Shown here in pieces: positions 19,950 to 31,992 of a DNA stretch of 64,000 nt (positions are counted from its first letter, which is position 1; each line of letters begins with the position of its first letter). Source of the DNA: Entomortierella parvispora E1425 (lineage: Eukaryota > Fungi > Mortierellomycota); the NCBI GenBank assembly GCA_020891255.1, contig BQFW01000011.1, positions 1,426,001 to 1,490,000 on the forward strand, read 5' to 3'. The translations under genes and the position numbers were made by a program. The notes beneath the pieces were generated by a model, which saw only the letters and a program-made list of their open reading frames with translations, was not told the DNA's origin and made no database searches.

Positions 19950-22671
19950 ATGCTAAAGAAGGACGACCTCAAGGACGGTAACAGATCCGCTGAAAGCTCA
20001 ATACCATCCAGCTCCGCCGCCCATGGCGTCATGGACTCGGCTGCCCACCTGCAGGACAAGCTCACTGCATTGAGCTTGGGCCAGGACTCGCCTGTCGCGT
20101 TGCTATCCCCCGCCTTGGGCAAGGAGACTGCCCCTCCTGTGGCCTTGGACGCTTTTGATATGAATGACGTGGATGATCCGCTCGCTGGCTTCGAAGCCCA
20201 GCGAAGTGGCATCAAGGATATTTCTCTCAAGGTATACCGCTATCAGCAAACTGTCTCCGCTTTCATCTTCAAACAACGTTGTATCCCCCTGCTCACGCCC
20301 AAAGTCGCACCTACTTTATTCACCTCAATCATCTAGGAACAATTCTTGGACCCTTCCGAGTCCAATGTGGAGTCATTACAGACGTTGCTTGCTCGACGGA
20401 TACGAGAGGGTTCTGGAGAGACTCTCTTCGAGATTGGCATTGAAGGTAGTCTACCATTCTTATTCCCGCGATATCCAAGAACGGCGCCAGTGATTGAGCC
20501 TTTGATTGATCACGTTGGCTAATTAGTCGTTTTTTTTATTTTGTCTTTCCTCTTCGTCAATCATTCGCAGAGGACGGCGCGCCCATGAACTTGACCGAGA
20601 CTGAATATCAAACAGCACTGGCCACTGTCCGGACAGCAGCCGCTGCTGTCGGCGCTGAGGTCGCCATCATGTTTGAAAAGAATCTGGGACCTACTGAAAA
20701 GACTTCTTCGACCTCGACAGAGACCGCCACTGTCGCCCTTACCCCTGCTGCCCCGGCCGTAGAGGGCGAGACCTTCAAGACGGCCTATCTCATGATCAGA
20801 AAGACCCCAAAATCGGTCGAGGAGCTGCTTGAGCTTCGTGTGGCAGTCGTTGGAAACGTGGTATGGAATTCATGACTGTGATTTTATTTCAACTGCTAGT
20901 TTTTTTGTACCCTGCTGGAATGTGTCGTGCATGGCAATATTGAACCTAATCGATTATCTGTCTTTGTTGTACCTGGTATGAATAGGACGCTGGAAAGGTG
21001 AGTCAAGGTTGAGAAAAGACGACCCCCTTTCGCCCGGTTGAACTCGTCTAACCATTGCCGTCCTGTTTATTAGTCCACTTTACTCGGTGTGCTCACTAAA
21101 GGCGTCTTGGATGATGGTCGTGGAAAGGCTCGCGTGAATCTCTTCCGGTATGAGAGGTTGCAAATGAATCTGAAAATGGATCTATATTCCATGATACTTA
21201 ACTTCGACTTGTGCATGGATCATAGTCACAAGCACGAAATTGACTCTGGACGCACGTCGTCCGTTGGCATGGAGATTTTGGGCTTTGACGCAAAGTCTGT
21301 CCCTGTCCCAACCATGACCCATGGCAGGAATGCTCCTTGGGATGAGATCTGCGGAAAGGCGGCCAAAGTGTTGTCCTTCATTGATCTTGCTGGACACGAG
21401 CGTTATCTCAAGGTATTTTTTTATGGCCAAAGCATTGTCGTTTAGCAAAGGACATTGCTGGAGGACTAAACCAGATCCTTTTTTTATATTTCCGTAGACT
21501 ACCGTGTTCGGAATGACTGGATGCGCCCCTGATTTTGTCATGCTCATGATTGGCTCTAACGCTGGAATTGTCGGCATGACCAAGGAACATCTTGGATTGT
21601 CACTGGCTTTGGGAGTGCCCGTGCTGGTGGTCATCACTAAGATTGACATGTGCCCGACCAACGTCTTGGAGAACACCGTGAAACAGTTGACAAAGATTTT
21701 GAAGTCTGCTGGTTGTCGAAAAATCCCCATGTTTGTAAAGGTATGTACTTACAGACATACTACAAGAACAAGTCGCATATCATGGTGTTAGAGTTGGTCA
21801 ATGATCGGGATCTCAGAAGGCTACTAACGAATATGTACACCGTTCAATTGATACAGTCTCATGAGGATGTAGTAGTGACCGCTGGTAACTTTGTCAGCGA
21901 TCGCATTTGCCCCATCTTCCAAGTGAGTAACGTCACCGGAGAGGGCCTGGACCTGCTCAAGAACTTCTTGAACGTGTTGCCGATCAGTCAAAAGTATAAC
22001 AAAGATGAACCTGGTAGGTACATTCATTTCATCCGCAAACAAGGTAATCGACATCTACATCTACAACCTGTTAACTGACCGATTATATTTTTATTTTATT
22101 TTTTTAAAAAAAAAAAGTCGAGTACCAGATTACGGACACATTCTCAGTACCCTTTGTCGGCACAGTTGTCAGCGGTGTTGTAATGAACGGTATTGTTCAC
22201 GCCGGCGATCAACTCTATCTTGGACCCGACGGCAATGGAGCGTTCCAGATGGTCACTGTGAAGAGCATTCAGCGCAAACGGTTGAACGTTCCCTTGGCCT
22301 GTGCAGGGCAGAGTGCCTCGTTTGGACTGAAGAAGATTCGTCGATCGACCATCCGTAAGGGTATGGTAATGTTGGACAAGGAGACCACTCCAGTGCCTCG
22401 AGGATGTCGAGAGTTTGAAGCAGAGATCTTGGTTCTCTACCACTCGACCACGATCGGGCACAAATACCAGGCCATGTTGCACTGTGGTGCCGTACGGCAG
22501 ACTGCCAGAGTTTTGGCCATGGACAAGCCCGATCAGATTTTGAGGACAGGAGATCGAGCTACGGTACGGTTTCAGTTCTTGCAGCCCGCGTACTTGAAGG
22601 TGGGAGCGCGCTTGATCTTCCGCGAAGGTCGGACAAAAGGCATTGGAAAGGTGTCTAAGATTGTGGCGTAG
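19950..22671 (+). CDS. GTPBP1: GTP-binding protein 1/2 family translational GTPase, multi-exon
   Basis: Spliced LRVAVVGNV|DAGK|[20 protein letters not shown]…[30 protein letters not shown], and C-terminal EF-Tu-like domains ([10 protein letters not shown]). Confidence 0.93.
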
Positions 22672-22886
22672 AAAACCCACGCACTCCCTTCTCGATGGAC
22701 CTTTTTTATTAAAAAAAAAAAAAACTGAATATGTGACTGCTTCAGACGCGCAACGCTGGGCGTGCGCGTTTCTGGGCAACGTTTGCTCTGCAACGACATC
22801 TCTCCTCCTCTCATTTGAATCGCCATCCATTTCAACCCACCGACGACGATCCAGAACAACTTTCATACACAACCGCAGGAATCAAC

Positions 22887-24270
22887 ATGGTACTTGTCCA
22901 CGACATGCGAGCTCCAATGGATGTTACAGTCGATGCAGAATGTTCTTTCCTCTCGCGTTGTGGTCGTGGAGAAACTCATCGGCCTACTCACACTCAGAAC
23001 ATCCTTTCTACCTCCCCTCAAAATAGGACTCGATTGAAGATCACCACCGATACCAGTCTAGCGATGAAGAAGACTTTCAAGAGTCGATTGAAAAGGCCGT
23101 AACCTTGCCCAAACCCATCCTCTTGTGGCGCAAGACCCCTCCAGAGAACGTCCTCTCGTGTTCGACTTTGATCATTGGCACGGCATTTGGAGCGAGCGCG
23201 CTGTTGCACACGATCCAGAACAAAACTCTGCTGGGAAGCTTGGTCTTGCCTGGAATCGACCTGGTAACTTTTTTGTGGCAGGAACCTTCAGGCGTGGAAC
23301 CAAAAGTTGAATGTGCGTGTTTATTAACTCAGTCTCACTCTTTTTTTTGTCCCCTCCTTTCTAGAAAGACAACACAGCCGATATCAACTCTCCTACCAAC
23401 GCCAACTGCAACATCTATGAGTTGAACTTGGACCCCTCAGTGGTGCTTGTGCCTTGCAACTATGAGATCAAGGATCAGGACAGTTTGAACTTTGCAAAGG
23501 GCATCATGAACCATATCAAGGCAACTAGGTAACATCAATCGGGCTACATTCAGGACTCTGGAGATAACTCAAACGAACAATGAATCTTCCACTGAATCGT
23601 AAGGATGACGAGGAAAACTCTTAACACTCTGTATCAATCTTGTTCCGACTTGACTGACTTTCTCTCACAGGATCGTCATTCTGGATACATTGTCACCGTC
23701 TACATATCTGTCTGGATCTCCCGATATCGAATACAACTACCCATGGTTGCGATTGTTGCAGACTGCTGGATCAACAACGGTAATGAACTGGGCAGGCTGC
23801 CACAAATGGATCATCACGGGTTTCAACAATGCACTCATACAGACGTCTCTATTATCAAAATGTTACAGTCGTCCAAGATCCCAACCCTCGAAGTCCCAAA
23901 CTTGATCCAGAACCTTGGAGCAGCCCTAATGGGTTACGTAAGTCCTCTACTTTGTACACCATCCGCCTCTTTCTTATGTCTATCACAAACAAACACTGTA
24001 ATAACCTCGCCGTCCGTATTAATTCCCGATGACTTTTTCTAGTGTGAAGTGAGAGGACTTAAGGACTCGTACCTTTTGCTCAGCCTTCAAGAACATGTTT
24101 ACGGCAAGGCCCTGACTACGGCAGCGACTTTACGAGGCCTGAAGGATGGATTGAGTCAGCTTGGGTTCTCGAGCATTTCTGAAGGAGTGGATGTGTCATT
24201 GGCCGTGTCAAGGATTCAGGATAAACGTGTGGGATCGAACCGGACGCGAGAGGATCGCCTCTATGCATAA
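22887..24270 (+). CDS. Proteasome assembly chaperone 1 (PSMG1/PAC1)-like protein, multi-exon
   Basis: ATG-only first exon (CAACATG|GTACTT), then DSIEDHHRYQSSDEED…CSTLIIGTAFGASALL…IVILDTLS…IPTLEVPNLIQNLGAALMGY|CEVRG. This resembles PSMG1 motifs (CSKFIIAIG; LEQPNIVHDLPAAVLSYC). Assignment from memory. Confidence 0.65.
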
Positions 24271-24350
24271 AACAGGCAGACAAAACCGCCGCGAGTCCTA
24301 GTTACCTCAGCCTCCCACACTGGATTTCGATTGAATATTCCCAATAAAAG

Positions 24351-24416
24351 AAACGGCACCTTGAACCTGATTCGAAACCACTCAAACGGCACCTTGAACC
24401 TGATTCGAAACCACTC
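24351..24416. repeat. 33-bp perfect tandem duplication
   Basis: AAACGGCACCTTGAACCTGATTCGAAACCACTC x2. Confidence 0.9.
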
Positions 24417-24635
24417 AACCTCCTCAACCTCCCTCGCAAACACAAGTCCACAGACTGCCGCCAGCAATACCTGAAGCCTCTGTTTTCTATGTCAACTTGG
24501 GTAGTACTATCGATGGCATCTCTGCATCGTTTATTCTTTGTTCACTAATAAAGTGCCAAAACGACTATAGATCTTTGGCTTGCTCTCCGTCAACCTGTTT
24601 CTCTTCTCTGGAGAGAACAAGCTATGCAGGGCGCG

Positions 24636-25330
24636 CCAACGAGCAGGCGGCAGGCCATCGCACTCCAATCACAGGACATGGCTGCCAGACATATGTGGCA
24701 TTGCTGCCCAATGAATGACCTGTCAAATATGGACTTTGCTGCCAGTAAACGACCTGTAGTAGATTCATCTGTATTGATGATAACCCCACTTGCTCACAAA
24801 CCTGCGGTGTAGTGGTTCCGAAACAGGGGTCGCTGCATTGGAAGCATCCCTGCCCCAACTCCTCCTTACAATGCCATAAACACCAAGGCAAACTCAAATA
24901 GAGGCCCTGTCCCATTCCGCCATGTCTCCAAGAGATGTACAAGCTGCAATAGTGTCAAGGAATGGAGGGGAACCTCTCCTCTAATGTCCTCACAACCAGC
25001 ACTTCTCTTTTCCAAGTGTCCAGAGGGGCGATAATCCTCACGGGTTCCTACACTGGGAACGTTGTTGAAGCGGTTGAAAAGGCCGTGTCTCTTGCCACCT
25101 GACGGGTGTGGGGGCTCAATGAACAACAACACAACAACAGTCGGTTTGTATCTCCCTGGGGTGGCTTCCTGTCAGCACGAGATACTTACCATACTTACGT
25201 TGGATACCCCCCAGGTTGGACATCCCAATGGCAACGGTGCAATCGCGAAGGCGCGCTCATTTTAACTTGGCACTGGCCACCATTGATCGCCAGAACAAAA
25301 GCCACCGAGACCAGAATCGTCACATGATCA
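24636..25330. repeat. ~700-bp dispersed repeat, copy 1
   Basis: Colinear with 53044-53733, with long identical blocks, e.g. CTGCATTGGAAGCATCCCTGCCCCAACTCCTCCTTACAATGCCA and CACCAAGGCAAACTCAAATAGAGGCCCTGT. Confidence 0.9.
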
Positions 25331-26123
25331 ATATTCTCTTGTCCTTCTTCGCACGGCTTGGTTCCTGAACCGTCTCTTTCTCTCTCCTTCAACACAGGTG
25401 TGTAGTGTGCGATTTGCGACAGGATCGACAATCATCCATCCATCCATCCATCTATCTATCCATCTTTCCCTCCATCTATACATCTGTCTATCTCAGCACC
25501 ATCGACACCATCGTTCCCCTCGACTCCAATTGCCACTTGCTGCCGTACCGTGATGTGATACCCCACCTCACCTTTTGTTGATTTCAGGGCGGTCTTGATC
25601 TTTTGAGTCTTCTTCCTCAAGAGTGATAACTGAATTGACTTTGCCGAAGTGTGTCCTCATCGCCATCTCCCCACCCTCCTCTTTTTACAATCTCGTCAGT
25701 TCCTCCGTGACACTCTGTATCTTTTTTTTCCTTTCTTGTATGACCCATATCTTACAGTCAGAACCGACCTCGGCTCTACAAAGCTAGGTGGCCTCTTCTT
25801 GTCCTCAGTCTCCCAGAGTCTTTGGACCGAGAATGCCATCCAAGCGAAGAGTTTGATACAATGCGGGCTGGCTTTGGGTTCGACTGTCTTCTTTATGAAT
25901 CCCTCTGTTACTGGCGCTCTTACCTACCACCCACTTTCTCTCTTGATCTTTCCAGACCTTCTCTTGAGAAGCTTGAAAGGTGAAAGTCGAAATAAAGTGG
26001 ACTAGGTGAAAGATCCATACAGATGGTGACACTCATATGAGAACTCTGGTATTCATCTCTTTCTCCATTTTGGAATCTTTTTTTTGTTCCTCTTTTGAAT
26101 CATCTACAGAAACATTATCAAAA

Positions 26124-26911
26124 ATGGTCCGCATTTCCGTCTTGAACGACTGCCTCAACAACATCAACAATGCCGAGAAGCGCGGCAAGCGCCAGGTGTT
26201 GATCCGTCCTTCCTCGAAGGTCATTGTCAAGTTCTTGTCCTTGATGCAGAAGCATGGTATGTTATTTTAACTTGACGTTTTTAGAACGGCTTTCTCTTCT
26301 TTTATGTCTTCCATCATTTCAATTGCTCGCTCTCTTTCCTTACCTGTCATATTACCCGAAGTTTTATTATCTTGATGATTGTTGCGCTACCGGCTCTTTT
26401 CATTTTGCTGTCCACGATGCACTCAACCTTTGTCTGTTAAACACCTCGGAAGAACAACTACACTTCTTACAAGCTTTTGGCACTACATCTGTGGCCTCTA
26501 GCCTTTAAATAGTGAAGACACTCCTTCCTCCTTTCTTTTTCCTCTCATGTCCCCATTCCTTTATCTATTTTTTTCTGTGTTCATATTTTCATTTGATGCA
26601 GGAAACTAATATTTTTTTGCTGTTTGCGATACGATAACCCCCTCTTGTTAGGCTACATTGGCGAGTTTGAGGAGATTGATGACCACCGCTCTGGAAAGAT
26701 TGTCGTCCAGCTCATTGGACGCATCAACAAGACTGGTGTTATCTCGCCCCGTTTCAACATCAAGTTGAACGAGATTGAGAAGTGGATCGCTCGTCTTTTG
26801 CCTTCCCGTCAGTTTGGTTACATTATCTTGACCACCTCTGCTGGAATCATGGACCACGAGGAGGCCCGTCGTCGCCACACCGGAGGAAAGGTCTTGGGTT
26901 ACTTTTACTAA
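26124..26911 (+). CDS. RPS22: 40S ribosomal protein uS8 (S22/S15A); exons 26124-26256 and 26652-26911
   Basis: [38 protein letters not shown]…KH|[21 protein letters not shown]…GKVLGYFY. Confidence 0.98.
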
Positions 26912-27165
26912 AGTCTGCAGAATAAACACCTTTGCCTACTCTCTTATGAACAATTCAAAAATAATAAACTATACCTTTGTACATCAGTACACTCTTCAGT
27001 CCCTCCGCTGTCTTTGATATCATGATGCAAGATGAAATGGCATGAACGTTTTCATGTGGGTTTATTCAAAAGAGAAAGTGAGATTATGTATCAGAGGTAA
27101 TAGTTGAGTAAAGGGCATTTCTGCAACGGGTCTATTCAAGTTAAACTTGGCTGGCTGTGGCGTGT

Positions 27166-28710
27166 TCAATCGGTAGTTCCCTCGGGCTTTTGGTTGACGC
27201 CAAAGAGACGGACCTGGTGCATCGCTGGGAGCTTGGCAATCAGGTTGATGACAGTCGCAACCAAGTTGACAAAGAAGGCGAAGGGAGCATAGTGAGTGTA
27301 GTGGGTGCTGAGCAAGAACCTAGGAGTCGGGACAAAAAGGCAAAGGTTGTTAGAGATTCCGTTCGGCTGCTTGCAAAAACTGGGTCTTCATTAAATCCGT
27401 GTGCCCAACTTGACATGTTTCCAGTTTCCTTTGGATATCTGTCAGGCCTCTGGCAGAATAGAAAATTGCCTTCCTGGGATCTCCTGCGCAGTCCATCAAC
27501 CCGCGCCTAACTTCTGGGTCAATCTATTAACAAAGTACTCCATGATACTTACAACACAACAGGGACAGCTGTAAGGTACTTTCTGGTAGCAGTAAATTGG
27601 ACACCACCATCAATCTGCTCCCAGAGGGTAATTCCATCGTATGCTCCCTGAGTAAATTCGAATGGTACACCCGTTACTGCGTGGAACATGATATAAGATC
27701 CCTAGAAGATTCATAAAAAGAAGAACGGGTGTGAGTACATGAACACAATCCAACCTCAGTCTACTCAGCAATTGATGGTCCTGTGCATCAGATCCAGGCA
27801 CCCTAGGTAGCGTTATAATTTTTAAAGTCGATCCAACGCCCAATGTTGCCAAAGCCCCAGTTAAATCCATGTTCCATGAAGCGGGATCCTGGCTCGCCCT
27901 TTATTCCACCTTCCGATCGTGGGTCAGTTGATCCAAAACAAACAAAGAAAAACATGTCCCGGGCTGTGCTCCTGGTGATCCTATGCGTCTTCTCTACGCT
28001 CAGTTTTCTGGAGAGGCGTTCTCCTGGATTATTGCTGCAAAGAGATCCCGACAGATCCAAGGGCTTTTGACCGTTGGGAACCACATGACCAGTTAAGAAA
28101 AAGCGACTTTTTTCTGTTTTTGAAGAGTCCACAAGAGAATAGTGTAAACGTACGATGTTGTAGACAAGGGTGGTCAATGTCCAGCTAAGCTCGGGTGAGA
28201 TGCCGGGGATGATGCCAAAGACAAACTTGAGGAAGACGATGAGGATGATGTTGGTCATCCAGGCACCTAGGTCGATCCATGAGAAATGATTAGACTCTAA
28301 TGGGTCAGGCTACACAAACCCCCCGTTCTCACGTCATTGTCCTCCTCAAACATTATCCATCGTCCAATCTGAAGCTGATCAAGTTCTCTTTCCTGTCGTA
28401 TGAAAGACCATAAAAGTGGAATGTTGCTGGGGTTGTGCAAAGGAGACTGCGCAGACAGGGACCTCCTGAGCCAATGCATCCAGTGCCAAGGCCTTTTTCC
28501 TTTTTTTTCAATGAACGAAGCAAAAGGTCGATGAACTGTCGCTGCTGTCGAATCGGAGAGTGGAGCGACAGAGATGGCGAGAATGAAAGAGGAAGGAGAG
28601 CAGGAAAGCAGCCTACCTTTGTCGTTCACCCAGGACGAGTTGAGGTTGGTCTGGGAGTGTTGATCAAGGGACTGGACATAGTCCGTCTTGTACATGGAGG
28701 CGAGGGTCAT
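27166..28710 (-). CDS. ORM1: ORM/ORMDL serine palmitoyltransferase regulator, 4 exons
   Basis: NLNSSWVNDK|GAWMTNII…SWTLTTLVYNI|GSYIMFHAVTGVPFE…TLWEQIDGGVQFTATRKYLTAVPVVL|FLLSTHYTHY…IAKLPAMHQVRLFGVN. Confidence 0.93.
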
Positions 28711-29218
28711 GATTGTTGAGGAAGAGGAAGACCTGTGATGAAGCGTGCGCGCAATAAAGGCAAGGAAGATGGGGATGGAAGAAGGGAGGAGGGAAGGAAA
28801 GAAAAAGGTGAAGATGTAGTGAGCAGATGAGGGGACGAGAAAGAGGTGAAAGAGAGAGATGATGACACGCAGGAAGGAATGGATGCCAATGCGGGTCTTG
28901 CAGGCAGTGTCTGTCGTGTGCAAACAAGGCAGGAAAGGACACCCCCGCTGTCTGCTGTGCAACCAACCAATCAACCAACCAACGAAGTCCTCGCCCACCC
29001 ACCCTGCCCGCAAAACGGCCCTGTCCGGATCGATCGACCGCACGCTGGCACGGACACACCCTCCACCCTCTTCCCCTTCGTGTGCATCCGTCGCTTCCTT
29101 CCTTCTTTCTTTCCATCGCCTTCTCTCTCCTCTTCTCCTTCTTCTTCTTCTTATTCATCCATTCATTCCCTTCCTCTCTCGCTCGCTTTCACTTCATTCA
29201 GTCACGTTTATACGCAAC

Positions 29219-31814
29219 ATGGTCGCCGTCACCGCAGAGGTCTTCAAGACAACCACCTCGCTTCCATTCACTCCTGCCGAGCTCGGAGATTTCCATCGAT
29301 TTCATGCCTACGACTGGGACAATGACACTGACTTCCAAGCCGGACTCAAGACCATCGCCGAAGCAAAGACCATTGAGCCCTCTTTCTCAGAACTGCTCAA
29401 AATGAAGCAATACTACTTTTCCACGAGGTAGGTATATTTGACCCCCTCTCTGTTCTCATGCAAATCTCGGTCTACATGGAAATCCTGTGCTGCGCTCTCC
29501 TTCGCAATATTAACCTGCTCCGAATTTCATAGACAAGATGTCCGAATCAATCTAGATGACTATCTTTCCTGGAGAAAACACATTGAACAACCTTCCGACG
29601 ACCCCAACGTGCCCATCTTTAAGCGGTTCGACGAATATGACTTTGACAACGACGTCAAATTTCAGCAAGGGCTGCCCAGCTTTATTGGACAGCTCCTGAA
29701 GGACGGAAAGAATACCATGGACAAGGCCACACTCCAGAAGGAGATTACAAAGGCAAAGGCCTTTTATTACGCGAGGTAATCAGAGCTTGTATAACACGCA
29801 CCTTCTTCTTTTTCACTCCCCACAGCAGTCGCGCAAAGTCAACAAGCTAACTTCTTTCCATCCGGACCTTTCGCATAGATTTGTCGAACTGTTTGACTTT
29901 CCCGCATATGTGATTTGGAAAGAAATGGAAAAGTCACTGGCTGCCCCTGCTTGCCCCTACGCCCATCTCTGGCAGAACAAGGGCAAAGGATCAGGAAGCG
30001 AACTAGCCGAGGACTCTAAAAAGTTCTTGACCTCCACCTACCCAGTGTCGGCAGGCGCAGCTCAGGTTCACATTCATTCTCCAGCCACCAGGAACAAACT
30101 CACGGGCGTCCGCTTGGCAAAGATAAGCGAGGCCATTACGGGGGCTTCTGAGAAAGAGGCCATCACCTCCATTTACTGGACTGTCAACACTGGAAAGTCT
30201 ACTCAGACTGAACGCGATCCTGAATCACAGATTGTTACAAAGGACGAAAAGTGGTTCAGTGGTGGACTTGTTGTTAAGGATCCGAAGGACTTGGAATCAA
30301 CCACCACGATGGGCTCTGCAGCATCGACAGAACTTTTGCAACAATACTACTCACTGGTGAAACAAGTGACCGATTTCTCGACTGAGCCACAGAGACCTGT
30401 TGTCGTGGTTGTAGATGGAATTGTATCTTTGTCCTCTGCCTACTTGGCCTTTGGCACTGGAGCTCAACGCGTGATCACAGAAAATGCCACCCTTTCCTTC
30501 ACGCCTTTGCAGGAATTGGACGATACCCCTAATCAACTCAAAAATCCTTTTGCTGGACTTTATTTGCTCTCCAAGGTGCAGTCCAGGGCCCTCTCCGATA
30601 CTAGCCCCCGGTCATTGCCACGTGGAGTCGGTCATTACCTCGCTTTTTGCCCAGACTATATTCTGCGTGGCCCAGACTTGCGCAAATTGGGCCTAGCCGA
30701 CTTTTTTGTCTCGTCTGCAAAACTGAAGGATATCGAGGAATCTGTTCTTTCCATTGCCGGATGTCCTCCTCCTCACACAGTGAAGGCTATCCGAATGGCT
30801 TTGAATGCAGAGATTGTGTACCCTGGACCAGCCAAGATTGACGTTTGGCGGATGGAGATCCAGGCGTGCTTCGGGGTATGTTGATACGACATACCATTTT
30901 GATTCTATCCCACAAACTGGTCTAACAACCCGACAACTATTTTTTCCCCGTGTACTCTAGGACGCTAAATCGGTCGACGAAATTGTCACTAATTTGGAAA
31001 AGTACAACAACAACTGGTCAAAGTCAATTCGTGGATACATTGCCAACCTTGAACCGCTCCTGGCGAAGGTGAGAACAAACTGTCAACTCACTACGATGGA
31101 TACATGTTCTGGAGGTTTATTGAGAGGACACTAACAAACCTATCAACTCCATATTAGCTTCTGTTTGAGGGCATCAAGAGGGCTTCCGAAGCATCAACTT
31201 TTGAAGATGTTGTGCGCATCGAATCTAGACTGACACGGAGATACCATGACTACATGTCGCAGTCGCAGGAAAACAAAGAAGCACTTGAATCCATGGATGA
31301 TTTGAGCAAGTTCTTTGAGCCATTAGAGGATGAGAAGGATTTGCTCCGCTTCCCTTTTGCAGAATGGATCAAGGAACATGGCGAAGACGATGAAGCTGAA
31401 GAACTCGCCTCTGCCACTGGCGCGCAAGAGCCTGCCCAGGACCCTGCCCAAGCGTGCCCATACCTTGCTGGAAAGCAAGGCCAGAGTGCTGTACCAACCG
31501 ATCACCCCAACATTCCAGGAGTGGACTTTTCTGATCCTGAGGCTATCAAATCGTGCCCTTTCCTTTCGTCCAAGGCAGAGGCGGACGCTCAAGAAACGTT
31601 AGCGGTCCCCGCGGATCATCCAGTTATCCCTGGGGTGGACTTCAATGACCCGGAGGCAGTCAAGGCATGTCCCTTCCTGTCAGCCAAGAGGGAGGAAACA
31701 CCTGCAGTGCCTGCAGATCATCCCGCTATCCCTGGAGTGGACTTCTCGAATCCAGAGGCCATGAAGGCATGCCCGTTCTTGTCATCCCAAGCTCCCCAAA
31801 GCGAGGCACAATAA
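29219..31814 (+). CDS. Unusual fusion: 2x PEX39/C6orf226-like N-terminal domain + degenerate HIBCH-like crotonase domain + Cys-Pro repeats (5 exons)
   Basis: Exons ~29219-29427, 29533-29775, 29879-30875, 30961-~31068 and 31159-31814 join in frame. Repeated YD[WF]DNDxxFQxGL…K.[YF]Y…Y..W units; crotonase-like RPVVVVVDGIV…QRVITENATL…GLADFFVSSAKL; C-terminal VPxDHPxIPGVDFxxPEAxKxCPFLS x3. Confidence 0.75.
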
Positions 31815-31992
31815 GCAGGTAGATTGGGGCAATAAAAGCAACTTGATATCGCTTTTCCACCTTGGTCTTCATTTCTTTATGATGAATATGATTGATTACT
31901 TTATAGGTATTCCTACAAAAAAGAATCTTCTCTTGCCCTCAGGACAGGGAAGTAATGGCATGATTGTGCATCGCTACGTTTCTTCTATGACT

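Noticed and set aside
24351-24416. CRISPR-like repeat (33 bp)
   Set aside because: Only two directly abutting copies, no spacers, no cas genes, eukaryotic context.
27792-27807. Near-duplicate of the ORM exon-2 acceptor (CCTAGG(G)TGCCTGGAT) inside the next intron, suggesting a mutually exclusive exon
   Set aside because: The sequence after it runs into a stop within a few codons and shows no ORM-like coding.
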